Assembly: GCA_051891335.1 (NCBI GenBank)
Contig: JBJFFD010000043.1
Coordinates: forward strand, 1,005 to 65,004
Source: Candidatus Scatovivens sp.
GTDB taxonomy: Bacteria > Bacillota > Clostridia > TANB77 > CAG-508
Direction: 5' to 3'
DNA length: 64,000 nt
Under the pieces are notes generated by a model. It was not told where the DNA came from. It did not search any database and saw only the letters and a list, made by a program, of their open reading frames with translations. A program made the translations under genes and the position numbers. Shown here piece by piece: positions 19,038 to 27,953 of the stretch (its first letter is position 1; the number at the start of each line of letters is the position of its first letter).

Positions 19038-19068
19038 AAGATTCATTTTTTATTGAATCTTATTTTTG
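19038..19068 (+). terminator. hairpin plus T-run closing the 18.8-19.07 kb non-coding unit
   Basis: aagattca ttttttat tgaatctt followed by atttttg. Confidence 0.55.
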
Positions 19069-19132
19069 TATGATAATTTTATAATTAAATAAAAATTTCG
19101 CTAATTTAAATATATACAAGAAAGGAAATTAT

Positions 19133-20944
19133 ATGAAAGAAGAAAGAACAAAAAAACAAGATGAAAAAAGTTTTTCTAAAAGAGAAACGGAAACAAATAG
19201 AAAAATTAATTTGAATAATAGTAAAGCTAGAAAAACGAAGAAAATTGTTAAAAAAGAAGAAAGTATTAAAGAGGATTTTAAATTTAAGTCTCAAAAGTTA
19301 AAAATAATTCCATTAGGTGGAATCGAAGAAATAGGAAAAAATATAACGGTTTTTGAATATGAAAATGATATTGTAATAGTAGATTGTGGAGTAGCATTTC
19401 CTGGTGATGATATGCTTGGAATAGATTTAGTAATACCAGATTTTGCATATTTAGAAAAAAATAGAGATAAAATAAAAGGTCTAGTAATTACTCACGGTCA
19501 TGAAGATCATATTGGAGCAATTCCTTATTTATTAAAACAAATAAATATTCCTATTTATGCAACTAAGCTAACAGTTGGATTAATAGAAAATAAATTAGAA
19601 GAACATAAATTAAAAGATTCTACCAAAATAAAAACAGTGAAAGCTGGACAAACTATAAATTTAGGAAAAATGAGAATAGAATTTATAAAAAGTTGTCATA
19701 GTATACCAGATGCTGTAATACTAGCAATTCATACACCTGCTGGAACTGTAGTTCATACTGGAGATTTCAAAATTGATTATACTCCTATAGATAATGAAAG
19801 AATAGACTTAGGAAGATTAGCAGAATTAGGAAATAAAGGAGTTTTAGCCTTAATGTCTGATAGTACTAACTCCGAAAGAAAAGGATATACTATGTCTGAA
19901 AGTTCAGTAGGAGAAGTTTTTGACAAACTATTTTTTAATTGTACAAAAAGAATAGTGGTTGCAACTTTTGCTTCTAATGTTCATAGGGTTCAGCAAATTG
20001 TTAATGCAGCAATTGCAAATAAAAGAAAAATTGCTGTTTGTGGAAGAAGTATGATAAATATGATAGAAACATCTATAAAACTAGGATATATAAAAATGGA
20101 AAAAAATGTATTTATAGATATTGATATGATTAAAAATTATACTGACGATCAATTAGTAATAATAACAACAGGAAGCCAAGGAGAGACGATGTCTGCTTTA
20201 ACTAGAATGGCAAATGGAGAGCATAAAAAGGTAAGTATTACTTCTAATGACTTAGTTATTATTTCAGCAACACCAATTCCTGGAAATGAAAAATTAGTTG
20301 CAAAAGTTATAGATGATTTAATGAAGATAGGAGCAGATGTTGTTTATAGTTCTTTAGCTGATGTTCATGTTTCAGGACATGCTTGCCAAGAAGAACAAAA
20401 ATTAATGCTTTCTTTAGTAAAACCTAAATATTTTATACCAGTTCATGGAGAGTATAGACAATTAATATCTCATAGTGAAACTGCTAGAAAGATAGGAATT
20501 CCAAAAGAAAATATATTTTTGATGACAAATGGTAGAATATTAGAATTAAATGAAGAAGAAGCTAAGCTTACAACATCAGTACAAGTAGGAAAAGTAATGG
20601 TTGATGGATTGGGAGTTGGAGATGTTGGAAATATAGTATTAAGAGATAGACAACATTTGTCTCAAGATGGATTAATAATAATTGTATTAACAATGGATTC
20701 AGCTACAGGAGAAGTTATTGCAGGACCAGACATTATTTCTAGAGGATTTGTATATGTAAGAGAATCTGAAAATTTAATGGATGATGTAAAAAAAGTTATT
20801 GCAAAACAAATAGCATATTGCGAAGAAAATAGAATAACAGATTGGACAACTATAAAAACTCAAATTAAAGATAATTTAAGACAATATATTTATCAAACAA
20901 CAAAAAGAAATCCAATGATTTTACCAATAATAATGGAAGTATAG
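19133..20944 (+). CDS. rnj: ribonuclease J
   Basis: Metallo-beta-lactamase HGHEDHIGA, beta-CASP and C-terminal domain. Lys-rich N-terminal extension of about 50 aa. Confidence 0.93.
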   Translation: MKEERTKKQDEKSFSKRETETNRKINLNNSKARKTKKIVKKEESIKEDFKFKSQKLKIIPLGGIEEIGKNITVFEYENDIVIVDCGVAFPGDDMLGIDLVIPDFAYLEKNRDKIKGLVITHGHEDHIGAIPYLLKQINIPIYATKLTVGLIENKLEEHKLKDSTKIKTVKAGQTINLGKMRIEFIKSCHSIPDAVILAIHTPAGTVVHTGDFKIDYTPIDNERIDLGRLAELGNKGVLALMSDSTNSERKGYTMSESSVGEVFDKLFFNCTKRIVVATFASNVHRVQQIVNAAIANKRKIAVCGRSMINMIETSIKLGYIKMEKNVFIDIDMIKNYTDDQLVIITTGSQGETMSALTRMANGEHKKVSITSNDLVIISATPIPGNEKLVAKVIDDLMKIGADVVYSSLADVHVSGHACQEEQKLMLSLVKPKYFIPVHGEYRQLISHSETARKIGIPKENIFLMTNGRILELNEEEAKLTTSVQVGKVMVDGLGVGDVGNIVLRDRQHLSQDGLIIIVLTMDSATGEVIAGPDIISRGFVYVRESENLMDDVKKVIAKQIAYCEENRITDWTTIKTQIKDNLRQYIYQTTKRNPMILPIIMEV

Positions 20945-20951
20945 ATAAATG

Positions 20952-20980
20952 ATACCAAGATTAAATTCTTGGTATTTTTT
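20952..20980 (+). terminator. rho-independent terminator
   Basis: ataccaaga ttaaa ttcttggtat followed by tttttt. Confidence 0.75.
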
Positions 20981-21025
20981 ATGTAATAGGAAAGTTTGTT
21001 GAACTTTCTATTATATAAAGGCTTC

Positions 21026-21136
21026 GCCAATTTTGTACACAAATTTTATTACATAAAATTTGGCACATGCGAACAAATACGTGGACTTTAAAAATGTTTA
21101 AATAATATAAAATGTTTAAGAAGTCCACTTTTGTTC
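21026..21136. other. GC-enriched double-hairpin intergenic island
   Basis: gccaattttgt..acataaaatttggc (21026-21064) and gaacaaatacgtggactt..aagtccacttttgttc (21071-21136). Confidence 0.4.
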
Positions 21137-21234
21137 TAATAAAACATAATAAATGGCTTTGTAAACATTGTATTTTAGATTGAGTTATGATAAAATAAAT
21201 AACATATTTTAATAGATTTAAGGGAGAAGATTTT

Positions 21235-22860
21235 ATGGATAATAAAGATTTAGCAAATTTAATATTTCCAGATGCAAAACCTATTGCATATTATGAGGAA
21301 AAATATAAAAATAGAGATCTACCAGAAGGTGCTTTAGTAACAAGATACGCACCAAGTCCAACTGGTTTTAATCATATTGGTGGAGTTATGCAAGCAATGA
21401 TTTCTCAAACTATAGCAAGACAAACAGGTGGTGTATCAATAGTAAGAATAGAAGATACAGATCAAAAAAGAGAAGTAAAAAATGCTGCAGAACAAATAAT
21501 GGAAAATTTGAGAGACTTTGATTTATTACCAGACGAATCTATCTGGACTCCTGAAAAAAGTTATGGTCCATATAGACAATCAGAAAGAAGAGAGATATAC
21601 AAAGCTTATGCAAAATCATTAATTGAAAAAGGATTAGCATACCCATGTTTTTGTACTCCGGAAGATTTAGAACAAATAAGATCCAATCAAGAAGCAGCAA
21701 AAGAAAGAACGGGATACTATGGAAAGTGGACAAAATGTAGAAATATGCCAATAGATATGGCATATGAAAAAATAAAAAATGGAGATCCATATATTATTAG
21801 ATTTAAATCAAATGGAAATCCAGATAGAAAAATTAAACATAAAGATGTTATAAAAGGAAATATAGAAATGCCTGAAAATGATCAAGATATAGTAATTATA
21901 AAATCTGACGGATTACCAACATTTCATTTTGCACATGCTATTGATGATCACTTTATGGGAGTGAACTTGGTTAATCGTTCTGATGAATGGATTCCATCAG
22001 TTCCATTGCATTTACAATTATTTTATACGTTAGGTTTTAAACCTCCTAAATATGCTCATACAGCCCCAATGATGAAATTAGACGGAGATTCAAAGAGAAA
22101 ATTAAGTAAAAGAAAAGATCCAGAAGCTAATGCTGCATACTATTGGGAAATTGGTATTCCAAAAGAATCTGTAAAGGAATATTTAATGAATATAGCTAAT
22201 TCAAACTTTGAAATTTGGAGAAAACAAAATCCAGATAAACCTATGGAAGAATTTACATTTGATATAAAGAAAATGGGAGTTGCAGGGGCTTTATTTGATA
22301 TGGTGAAAATGCTTGATGTTTCTAAAAATACAATTTCAAGATTTACTGCTGAAAAAGTATATAATGAAGCTTTAGAATGGGCTAAAAGGTATGATTTAGA
22401 ATTAGTAGAAATGCTTGAAAACAAAGAATATGCTTTAAAAGTGTTAGGAATAGAAAGAGAAAATATAAAACCTAGAAAAGATATAGCAAAATGGTCTGAT
22501 TTGAAAGATTCTATTATTTATATGTATGATGATAAATTTGAAAAATCAGAAGAAGAATATCAATATCAAAAAATTACAGATAAAGAAGAAATTGAAAAAA
22601 TAATAAAAACATATTTTGAAAAATATTATGATGAAAATGATGACAAGCAAACTTGGTTTAATAAAATGAAAGATTTAGCAGAAGAGTTAGGATATGCAAG
22701 AGAAGTTAAAGAATATAAACAAAATCCAGATGCATATAAAGGACATGTTGGAGATATAAGCACGGTTATAAGAGTTAAACTTACTAGAAGATGTAATACA
22801 CCAGATTTATACGAAATAATGCAAGTTTTAGGAAAAGAAAGTATACTTAAAAGAATATAA
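21235..22860 (+). CDS. gltX: glutamate--tRNA ligase (541 aa form)
   Basis: Class I motifs PSPTGFNHIGG and KLSKRK; the catalytic core resembles GluRS. Confidence 0.85.
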   Translation: MDNKDLANLIFPDAKPIAYYEEKYKNRDLPEGALVTRYAPSPTGFNHIGGVMQAMISQTIARQTGGVSIVRIEDTDQKREVKNAAEQIMENLRDFDLLPDESIWTPEKSYGPYRQSERREIYKAYAKSLIEKGLAYPCFCTPEDLEQIRSNQEAAKERTGYYGKWTKCRNMPIDMAYEKIKNGDPYIIRFKSNGNPDRKIKHKDVIKGNIEMPENDQDIVIIKSDGLPTFHFAHAIDDHFMGVNLVNRSDEWIPSVPLHLQLFYTLGFKPPKYAHTAPMMKLDGDSKRKLSKRKDPEANAAYYWEIGIPKESVKEYLMNIANSNFEIWRKQNPDKPMEEFTFDIKKMGVAGALFDMVKMLDVSKNTISRFTAEKVYNEALEWAKRYDLELVEMLENKEYALKVLGIERENIKPRKDIAKWSDLKDSIIYMYDDKFEKSEEEYQYQKITDKEEIEKIIKTYFEKYYDENDDKQTWFNKMKDLAEELGYAREVKEYKQNPDAYKGHVGDISTVIRVKLTRRCNTPDLYEIMQVLGKESILKRI

Positions 22861-22884
22861 CACGAAAAAATGTTTGTAAATATG

Positions 22885-22913
22885 TTGACATGTATTGTTA
22901 AAGAATATATAAT
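22885..22913 (+). promoter_or_regulatory. consensus sigma-A promoter of the small-peptide module
   Basis: TTGACA (22885-22890), 17 nt spacer, TATAAT (22908-22913). Seven nt later the left inverted-repeat arm GAAATAAGAA begins (22921). Confidence 0.6.
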
Positions 22914-22984
22914 TTTATAAGAAATAAGAATAAGCAGAGAATGTGGTATCATCTTATCTTTTAAAGAAAGAGGGGGTGATGCGT

Positions 22985-23122
22985 ATGTTAGAAGAAGCTC
23001 TATTAAAATTACTTACTTTTTCACTTTTCTTAAATATAGCTTTTGCTATCATTTCTTTCTTGTTAATGATGAATTTAATTATCATTACATATAAAGAAAT
23101 ACATAACTCTGCCAATCAATAG
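22985..23122 (+). CDS. 45-aa hydrophobic peptide, type I toxin candidate
   Basis: GGGGG RBS 8 nt before ATG 22985 (alternative ATG at 22979). MLEEALLKLLTFSLFLNIAFAIISFLLMMNLIIITYKEIHNSANQ. The stop codon lies inside the terminator hairpin. Confidence 0.5.
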   Translation: MLEEALLKLLTFSLFLNIAFAIISFLLMMNLIIITYKEIHNSANQ

Positions 23123-23136
23123 AGTTATGTATTTTT
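23097..23136. terminator. bidirectional terminator hairpin shared by the convergent transcripts
   Basis: aaatacataactct gccaatcaat agagttatgtattt. Confidence 0.6.
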
Positions 23137-23188
23137 AATACAAATATTTTATTGATACCACACTTTGTGGTTTCTTATTTCTACTATT

Positions 23189-23217
23189 ATTATAATAAAT
23201 ATTTATTATTTTGTCAA
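23189..23217 (-). promoter_or_regulatory. consensus sigma-A promoter on the minus strand (antisense RNA candidate)
   Basis: The minus strand reads TTGACA (23217-23212), 17 nt spacer, TATAAT (23194-23189). Seven nt later comes GAAATAAGAA (23181-23172). Confidence 0.55.
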
Positions 23218-23284
23218 ATTATATTGTATGTATGGACAAGTCTTTAAGTTTTATTGAAGAATAACAAATAATGAATAAATAAAT

Positions 23285-23312
23285 GTAGGGTTCGATGTGA
23301 ACATCGAACCGC
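23285..23312 (+). repeat. REP-like element: GTAGGG head plus GC-rich hairpin
   Basis: GTAGGGttcgatgtgaacatcgaaccgc. Confidence 0.6.
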
Positions 23313-23374
23313 AAATAAAATAATAAAAAAATCTGTAGTTACAATGGGATGACCTGACACGAAAGAGGTAAAAA

Positions 23375-23551
23375 ATGGAATATAATATTGGTGATTTAGT
23401 AAGGACGAAAAAGCCACATCCATGTGGAAATAAAATTTGGGAGATAACAAGAATTGGTGTAGATTTCAAACTAAAGTGTACAAAATGTGGACATGTAGTA
23501 ACATTGCCAAGAGAAAAAGCATTAAAAACAATAACAAAGAAAATAGATTAA
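23375..23551 (+). CDS. DUF951-family small protein (58 aa)
   Basis: RBS AAGAGG. MEYNIGDLVRTKKPHPCGNKIWEITRIGVDFKLKCTKCGHVVTLPREKA matches the KKPHPCG..W.I.R.G.D..L.C..C pattern. Below the ORF-track cutoff. Confidence 0.7.
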   Translation: MEYNIGDLVRTKKPHPCGNKIWEITRIGVDFKLKCTKCGHVVTLPREKALKTITKKID

Positions 23552-23559
23552 TTTATGGT

Positions 23560-23708
23560 TACGATTCAGATTAAAATATCCTTTATATTTATCGCAAACG
23601 TTTGTAGTGGCGGGCCTTGTGTCCGCCTGTGAAAATAAAATTTACGGGTCTACACGAGGACGACACATATAGTTTCTCTACAATTAAAAATTAGGTCTGA
23701 ACATTAAG
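23560..23708 (+). repeat. composite ~150 bp element (copy A, partly degenerate) with terminal inverted repeats and an internal REP doublet
   Basis: Left ttcagattaaaat..aaacgtttGTAGtggcgggccttgtgtccgcc, right acgggtctacacgaggacgac..aaaattaggtctgaacatt. Homologous along its length to 63011-63166. Confidence 0.6.
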
Positions 23709-23779
23709 ATTTATGTAAAATCTGCAATAAAAACACTTGAAAAAGTAAATAATAAATGATAAAATAATAAATAGTTAAA

Positions 23780-23995
23780 AACGTTTGATTAAGAACTAAG
23801 TAATAAATTAAATTTATTAGAGAGTCTGTGGTTGGTGAAAACAGATTAAATTTATTTATGAAATCTATTCCTAAGAGTTCCTATAAAAATAGGCCGGGTT
23901 GTTACAGGTTATAGTAATAAAATAAGTTATAAAAAAAGGTGGTACCGCGATATAATCGCCCTTAAGCAAATAAAAGCTTAAGGGCGATTTGTTTG
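23780..23995 (+). promoter_or_regulatory. T-box leader (serS)
   Basis: Stem I AGAGAGTC..GGTGAAA, T-box sequence aaaGGTGGTACCGCG (23936-23950), terminator aatcgcccttaagc..gcttaagggcgatt. Confidence 0.9.
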
Positions 23996-24032
23996 CTAAT
24001 TTATAAATATTCATTAGTATAGGAGGTAAATA

Positions 24033-25319
24033 ATGATAGATATCAAATTTTTAAGAGAAAATCCAGAAGCAGTAAAAGAAAATATTAGAAAAAAATTTCA
24101 AAATCATAAATTAGGTTTAGTTGATGAGATTATTGAATTAGATAAACAAAGTAGAGAATTAACTTTAATGTGTGATGATTTAAGAATGAAAAGAAATTCA
24201 GCTAGTAAAGAAATTGGAAATTTAATGGCTCAAGGAAAAAAAGAAGATGCTGAAAATAAAAAAGCAGAAGTTCAAGAAATAAATCAAAAATTAGCTGATA
24301 ATGAGAAAAAAGAAGAGGAATTAAAACAACAAATTAAAGAAAAAATGATGAAAATCCCTAATATTATGCATGAATCTGTTCCAATTGGTGAAGATGATAG
24401 CAAAAATGTTGAAGTTAAAAAGTATGGAGAACCATTAGTACCAGATTATGAAATACCATATCATGCAGATATAATGGAAAGTTTATCAGGTCTGGATTTA
24501 GATTCTGCACGTAGAGTTTCTGGTAATGGATTTTATTATTTAACAGGAGATATTGCAAGACTACATTCAGCAATATTATCTTATGCTAGAGATTTTATGA
24601 TAAATAAAGGATTTACCTATTGTATACCTCCATTTATGATAAGAAAAGATGTAGTTGAAGGTGTAATGAGCTTTGAAGAAATGGATGCAATGATGTATAA
24701 AATAGAAGGAGAAGATTTGTACTTAATAGGTACGAGTGAGCATTCTATGATAGGTAGATTTAAAAATCAAATATTGAAAAAAGAAAATTTACCATATACA
24801 TTAACATCTTATTCTCCTTGTTTTAGAAAAGAAAAGGGAGCTCATGGAATTGAAGAAAGAGGAGTATATAGAATACATCAATTTGAGAAACAAGAAATGG
24901 TTGTAATTTGTGAGCCAGAGGAAAGCTATGTATGGTATGATAAAATGTGGAATTATACAGTAGAATTATTTAGAAGTTTAGATATACCAGTAAGAACTTT
25001 GGAATGTTGTAGTGGGGATTTGGCAGATTTAAAAGCTAAAAGTGTTGATGTAGAAGCCTGGAGCCCTAGACAGAAAAAATATTTTGAAGTTGGAAGTTGT
25101 TCTAATTTAACAGATGCACAAAGCAGAAGATTAGGAATTAGAGTAAAAGGAGAAAAGCAAAATTATTTACCACATACATTAAATAATACTGTTGTAGCTC
25201 CTCCAAGAATGCTAATTGCATTTTTAGAAAATAATTATAAAGAAGATGGAAGTATAAATATACCAGAAGTATTATGGAATTACATGGGAGGCACTAAAAA
25301 ATTAATTTGTAAAAAGTAA
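24033..25319 (+). CDS. serS: serine--tRNA ligase
   Basis: N-terminal coiled-coil arm and class II motifs (FRKEKGAHG, RIHQFEKQE, GSCSN). Confidence 0.95.
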   Translation: MIDIKFLRENPEAVKENIRKKFQNHKLGLVDEIIELDKQSRELTLMCDDLRMKRNSASKEIGNLMAQGKKEDAENKKAEVQEINQKLADNEKKEEELKQQIKEKMMKIPNIMHESVPIGEDDSKNVEVKKYGEPLVPDYEIPYHADIMESLSGLDLDSARRVSGNGFYYLTGDIARLHSAILSYARDFMINKGFTYCIPPFMIRKDVVEGVMSFEEMDAMMYKIEGEDLYLIGTSEHSMIGRFKNQILKKENLPYTLTSYSPCFRKEKGAHGIEERGVYRIHQFEKQEMVVICEPEESYVWYDKMWNYTVELFRSLDIPVRTLECCSGDLADLKAKSVDVEAWSPRQKKYFEVGSCSNLTDAQSRRLGIRVKGEKQNYLPHTLNNTVVAPPRMLIAFLENNYKEDGSINIPEVLWNYMGGTKKLICKK

Positions 25320-25339
25320 AATTATTTAGGAGAAAACAA

Positions 25340-26245
25340 ATGAGAAATTTCAATGAAATGTATGAAAAAATATTTAAAGAATATAATCAATATTTAGAAA
25401 AATTAAGAGTAAAAACATATATATATACAATTATATTTGGAGTATTTCTTGCTTTTGTTTATTACTATTTTTTTAAAGATTTTCCATCTAAGTATAAACA
25501 TTTTCTAATTGTAAGTATTTTTATAATTTGTTTTTGTTTTTATAAAATTTTATTAAAAGGAAAAAATACAAGGATTTTTAAAAACGGTGTTATAAATTAT
25601 TTAGTAAAAGGGTATGATTCGGGATTAAATTATAACCCTAATGGTGCTATTTCGAAGATAACATATGATATGGGCTTTTTTGAACAAAACTATAATATTA
25701 TAAAATCAGAAGATACTGTAAAAGGAACACTAAAAGAAGGAATAAATTTGCAATTAGGTGAAATTGAGCTATATAATGAAACTATAAATGAAGAACTTGG
25801 GATAAGAGATAAAACAAAAGTTTTCCAAGGAATATTTGCTAAAATAATATTAAATAAAGATTGTTTTTTATCAAAAATAAAAATAAGAAATAATAGATTA
25901 GTTAATTTTTCACTAGAAAAAGATAAAAAAGTGGAACTAGAGTCTATCGAATTTGAAAAACATTTTGATTTTTATGCAGATAATAAAATAGAGGCTCTTA
26001 AACTTTTCACAGTAGATGTAATAGAAAAAATTAATTATTTTAGAGAAAAGTATAATGTTGATTATGAAATGACTATATATAAAAATGAAATCTATATAAG
26101 ATTTCAAAAGAAAAACTCTTTTGAAATTGTAATTGGCAAAAATACACTAGATTATAATATGCTATATGAATATTATAAAATTATAGAAATGATAGGAAAT
26201 ATAGGAATATATTTTAATGATATTATAGAAAAAATGAATATATAG
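25340..26245 (+). CDS. membrane protein, DUF3137-like (tentative); first of a tandem paralogue pair
   Basis: Two N-terminal TM helices and a conserved C-terminal half shared with 26291-27176. Confidence 0.5.
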   Translation: MRNFNEMYEKIFKEYNQYLEKLRVKTYIYTIIFGVFLAFVYYYFFKDFPSKYKHFLIVSIFIICFCFYKILLKGKNTRIFKNGVINYLVKGYDSGLNYNPNGAISKITYDMGFFEQNYNIIKSEDTVKGTLKEGINLQLGEIELYNETINEELGIRDKTKVFQGIFAKIILNKDCFLSKIKIRNNRLVNFSLEKDKKVELESIEFEKHFDFYADNKIEALKLFTVDVIEKINYFREKYNVDYEMTIYKNEIYIRFQKKNSFEIVIGKNTLDYNMLYEYYKIIEMIGNIGIYFNDIIEKMNI

Positions 26246-26290
26246 AAATGTAAAGTAATTTATGTACTATAATTACTTTAGGAGAAGCAA

Positions 26291-27176
26291 ATGAGAAATT
26301 TTAATAAAGCATATGAAAGAGTTATAAAAAAATATAATGAATATTTAAAAAAAATAAAAGTAACAAGCTATATATATACTTTTTTAGTAGGTATTTTTGT
26401 TTTAAGTACATCTTACTTTATGTTAATAGATTTTATATACGATAAAAAAAATTTAATAATTTTATGTATTACTTTCTTTATATGTTTTATTTTTTGGAAT
26501 ATTTACATTAAAGAGAAAAACACAATAGTTTTAAAGTATGGTGTTATAAATGAGTTAGTCAAAGAATATGATTTGGGATTAAAATATAATCCTAAAGGAA
26601 CTATTATAAAAGAAGTATATATGCTTGGTGAGTTTGACGATCGGATTTGATGGCTTTATAGTATCAGAAGATACAATAAATGGAACATTAAAAGAAGGAA
26701 TAGATTTACAAATAGGAGAAGTTTTAAAAGATGGTTGGGACTCTGCACAAGTATTTTCTAGAATAAAATTAAATGTAGATTGTAATTTGTCAAAAATAAA
26801 AATAAGAAATAATAGTGAAGTACAATTCTTTATAGAAAAAGATAGGAAAGTAGAATTAGAGTCTGCTGAGTTTGAAAAATACTATGATTTTTATGCAGAT
26901 AATAAAATAGAGGCTCTTCAACTATTTACAACAGAAGTAATTGAGAAAATTAATTATTTTAGAGAAAAGTATAATATTTGTTTTGAAATGACTATATATA
27001 AAAATGAAATTTATATAAGATTCTGGAAAAATAATTTTTTCGAGCTTGCAATTGGTAAGGATATACTAGATTATAATATGTTATATGAATATTATAAAGT
27101 TATAGAAATGATAGGAAATATAGGAATATATTTTAATGATACTATACAAAAAATAAATTTAAGTAATGGAGAATAA
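26291..27176 (+). CDS. paralogue of 25340-26245, two frames joined at in-frame CGG 26642
   Basis: ORFs 26291-26650 and 26625-27176. Skipping C26642 gives YMLGEFDDGFDGFIVSEDTINGTLKEG, colinear with YDMGFFEQNYNIIKSEDTVKGTLKEG in the neighbour. Confidence 0.5.
26642..26645 (+). other. frame-break site: in-frame CGG with the continuation in the overlapping +1 GGA
   Basis: gac gat CGG att TGA in the 0 frame. The +1 frame reads GGA TTT GAT GGC. Confidence 0.5.
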
Positions 27177-27178
27177 GA

Positions 27179-27763
27179 ATGTTAGTTAAAAACCCTAAAT
27201 TTGAAATATCAGCAGTTAGTAAGAAGCAATATCCAAATAAAAATATACCAGAAATTGTTTTGGTAGGAAAATCTAATGTTGGAAAGTCTTCTTTTATAAA
27301 TACAATGTTAAACAGAAAAGCTTTAGCAAGAACAAGTAATGTCCCCGGAAAAACTAGACAAATTAATTTTTACAATGTTGACGAAAAGTTTTATTTTGTG
27401 GATTTACCAGGATACGGATTTAGTAAAATGTCTAAACAAGAAAAAATTATTTCTGGAAAATATATTGAAGAATATCTTGAAGATGGAAAAAATATTTCTT
27501 TAATAATTTTACTTTTAGATATAAGACATAATCCTACTGATGATGATATTTTAATGTACAACTATATTTTAAAATCAAATTTACCATTTATAGTATTAAC
27601 TAATAAAGCAGATAAAATTGCTGTAACTAAAGTAAATGAAAAAGTAAATGAAATTAAGAATATACTAGGAATTTCTTATAGTTCTATATTACCATTTTCT
27701 TCAGAAAGAAAAATATATGCTGAAGAAGTTTGGAAAGAAATTGAAAAATATCTATGTGAATAA
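27179..27763 (+). CDS. engB: ribosome biogenesis GTP-binding protein YsxC/EngB
   Basis: GKSNVGKSSFIN, PGKTRQINFY, DLPGYGF, TNKADK. Confidence 0.9.
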   Translation: MLVKNPKFEISAVSKKQYPNKNIPEIVLVGKSNVGKSSFINTMLNRKALARTSNVPGKTRQINFYNVDEKFYFVDLPGYGFSKMSKQEKIISGKYIEEYLEDGKNISLIILLLDIRHNPTDDDILMYNYILKSNLPFIVLTNKADKIAVTKVNEKVNEIKNILGISYSSILPFSSERKIYAEEVWKEIEKYLCE

Positions 27764-27803
27764 ATTTAAATTCTCTGCATAAAATATTCTAAAAAGACCA
27801 ATA

Positions 27804-27921
27804 GACAAAAAATAAACTTCGTCTTGCGTTGTTAAGTTTTGAAGAAAAAGCCTCAATGTACAAACGTACACCTCCGGTTTTTCTTCAAAATTTGCCTAGC
27901 AATACTTGTTTCTTTTTTGCC
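27804..27921. other. long nested imperfect hairpin (~118 nt) in an intergenic region
   Basis: Outer arms gacaaaaaataaac / gtttcttttttgcc, inner arms ttttgaagaaaaagcc / ggtttttcttcaaaa. Confidence 0.5.
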
Positions 27922-27953
27922 TTATACTTATTTTGGGTAAGGAAGAATATTAT

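Noticed and set aside
23244-23469. Two minus-strand ORFs (68 and 72 aa) in the 23.2-23.5 kb gap.
   Set aside because: They run through the REP hairpin and lie antisense to the DUF951 gene, which has an RBS and a recognisable conserved motif.
27906-27953. N-terminal extensions of several track ORFs (27906, 41101, 33221, 35590, 52235, 56381, 45690, 5247).
   Set aside because: The extensions lack RBSs, use non-ATG or unsupported starts, and in some cases overlap terminators, T-box leaders or hairpin repeats. Internal ATG/TTG starts with good RBSs were preferred.
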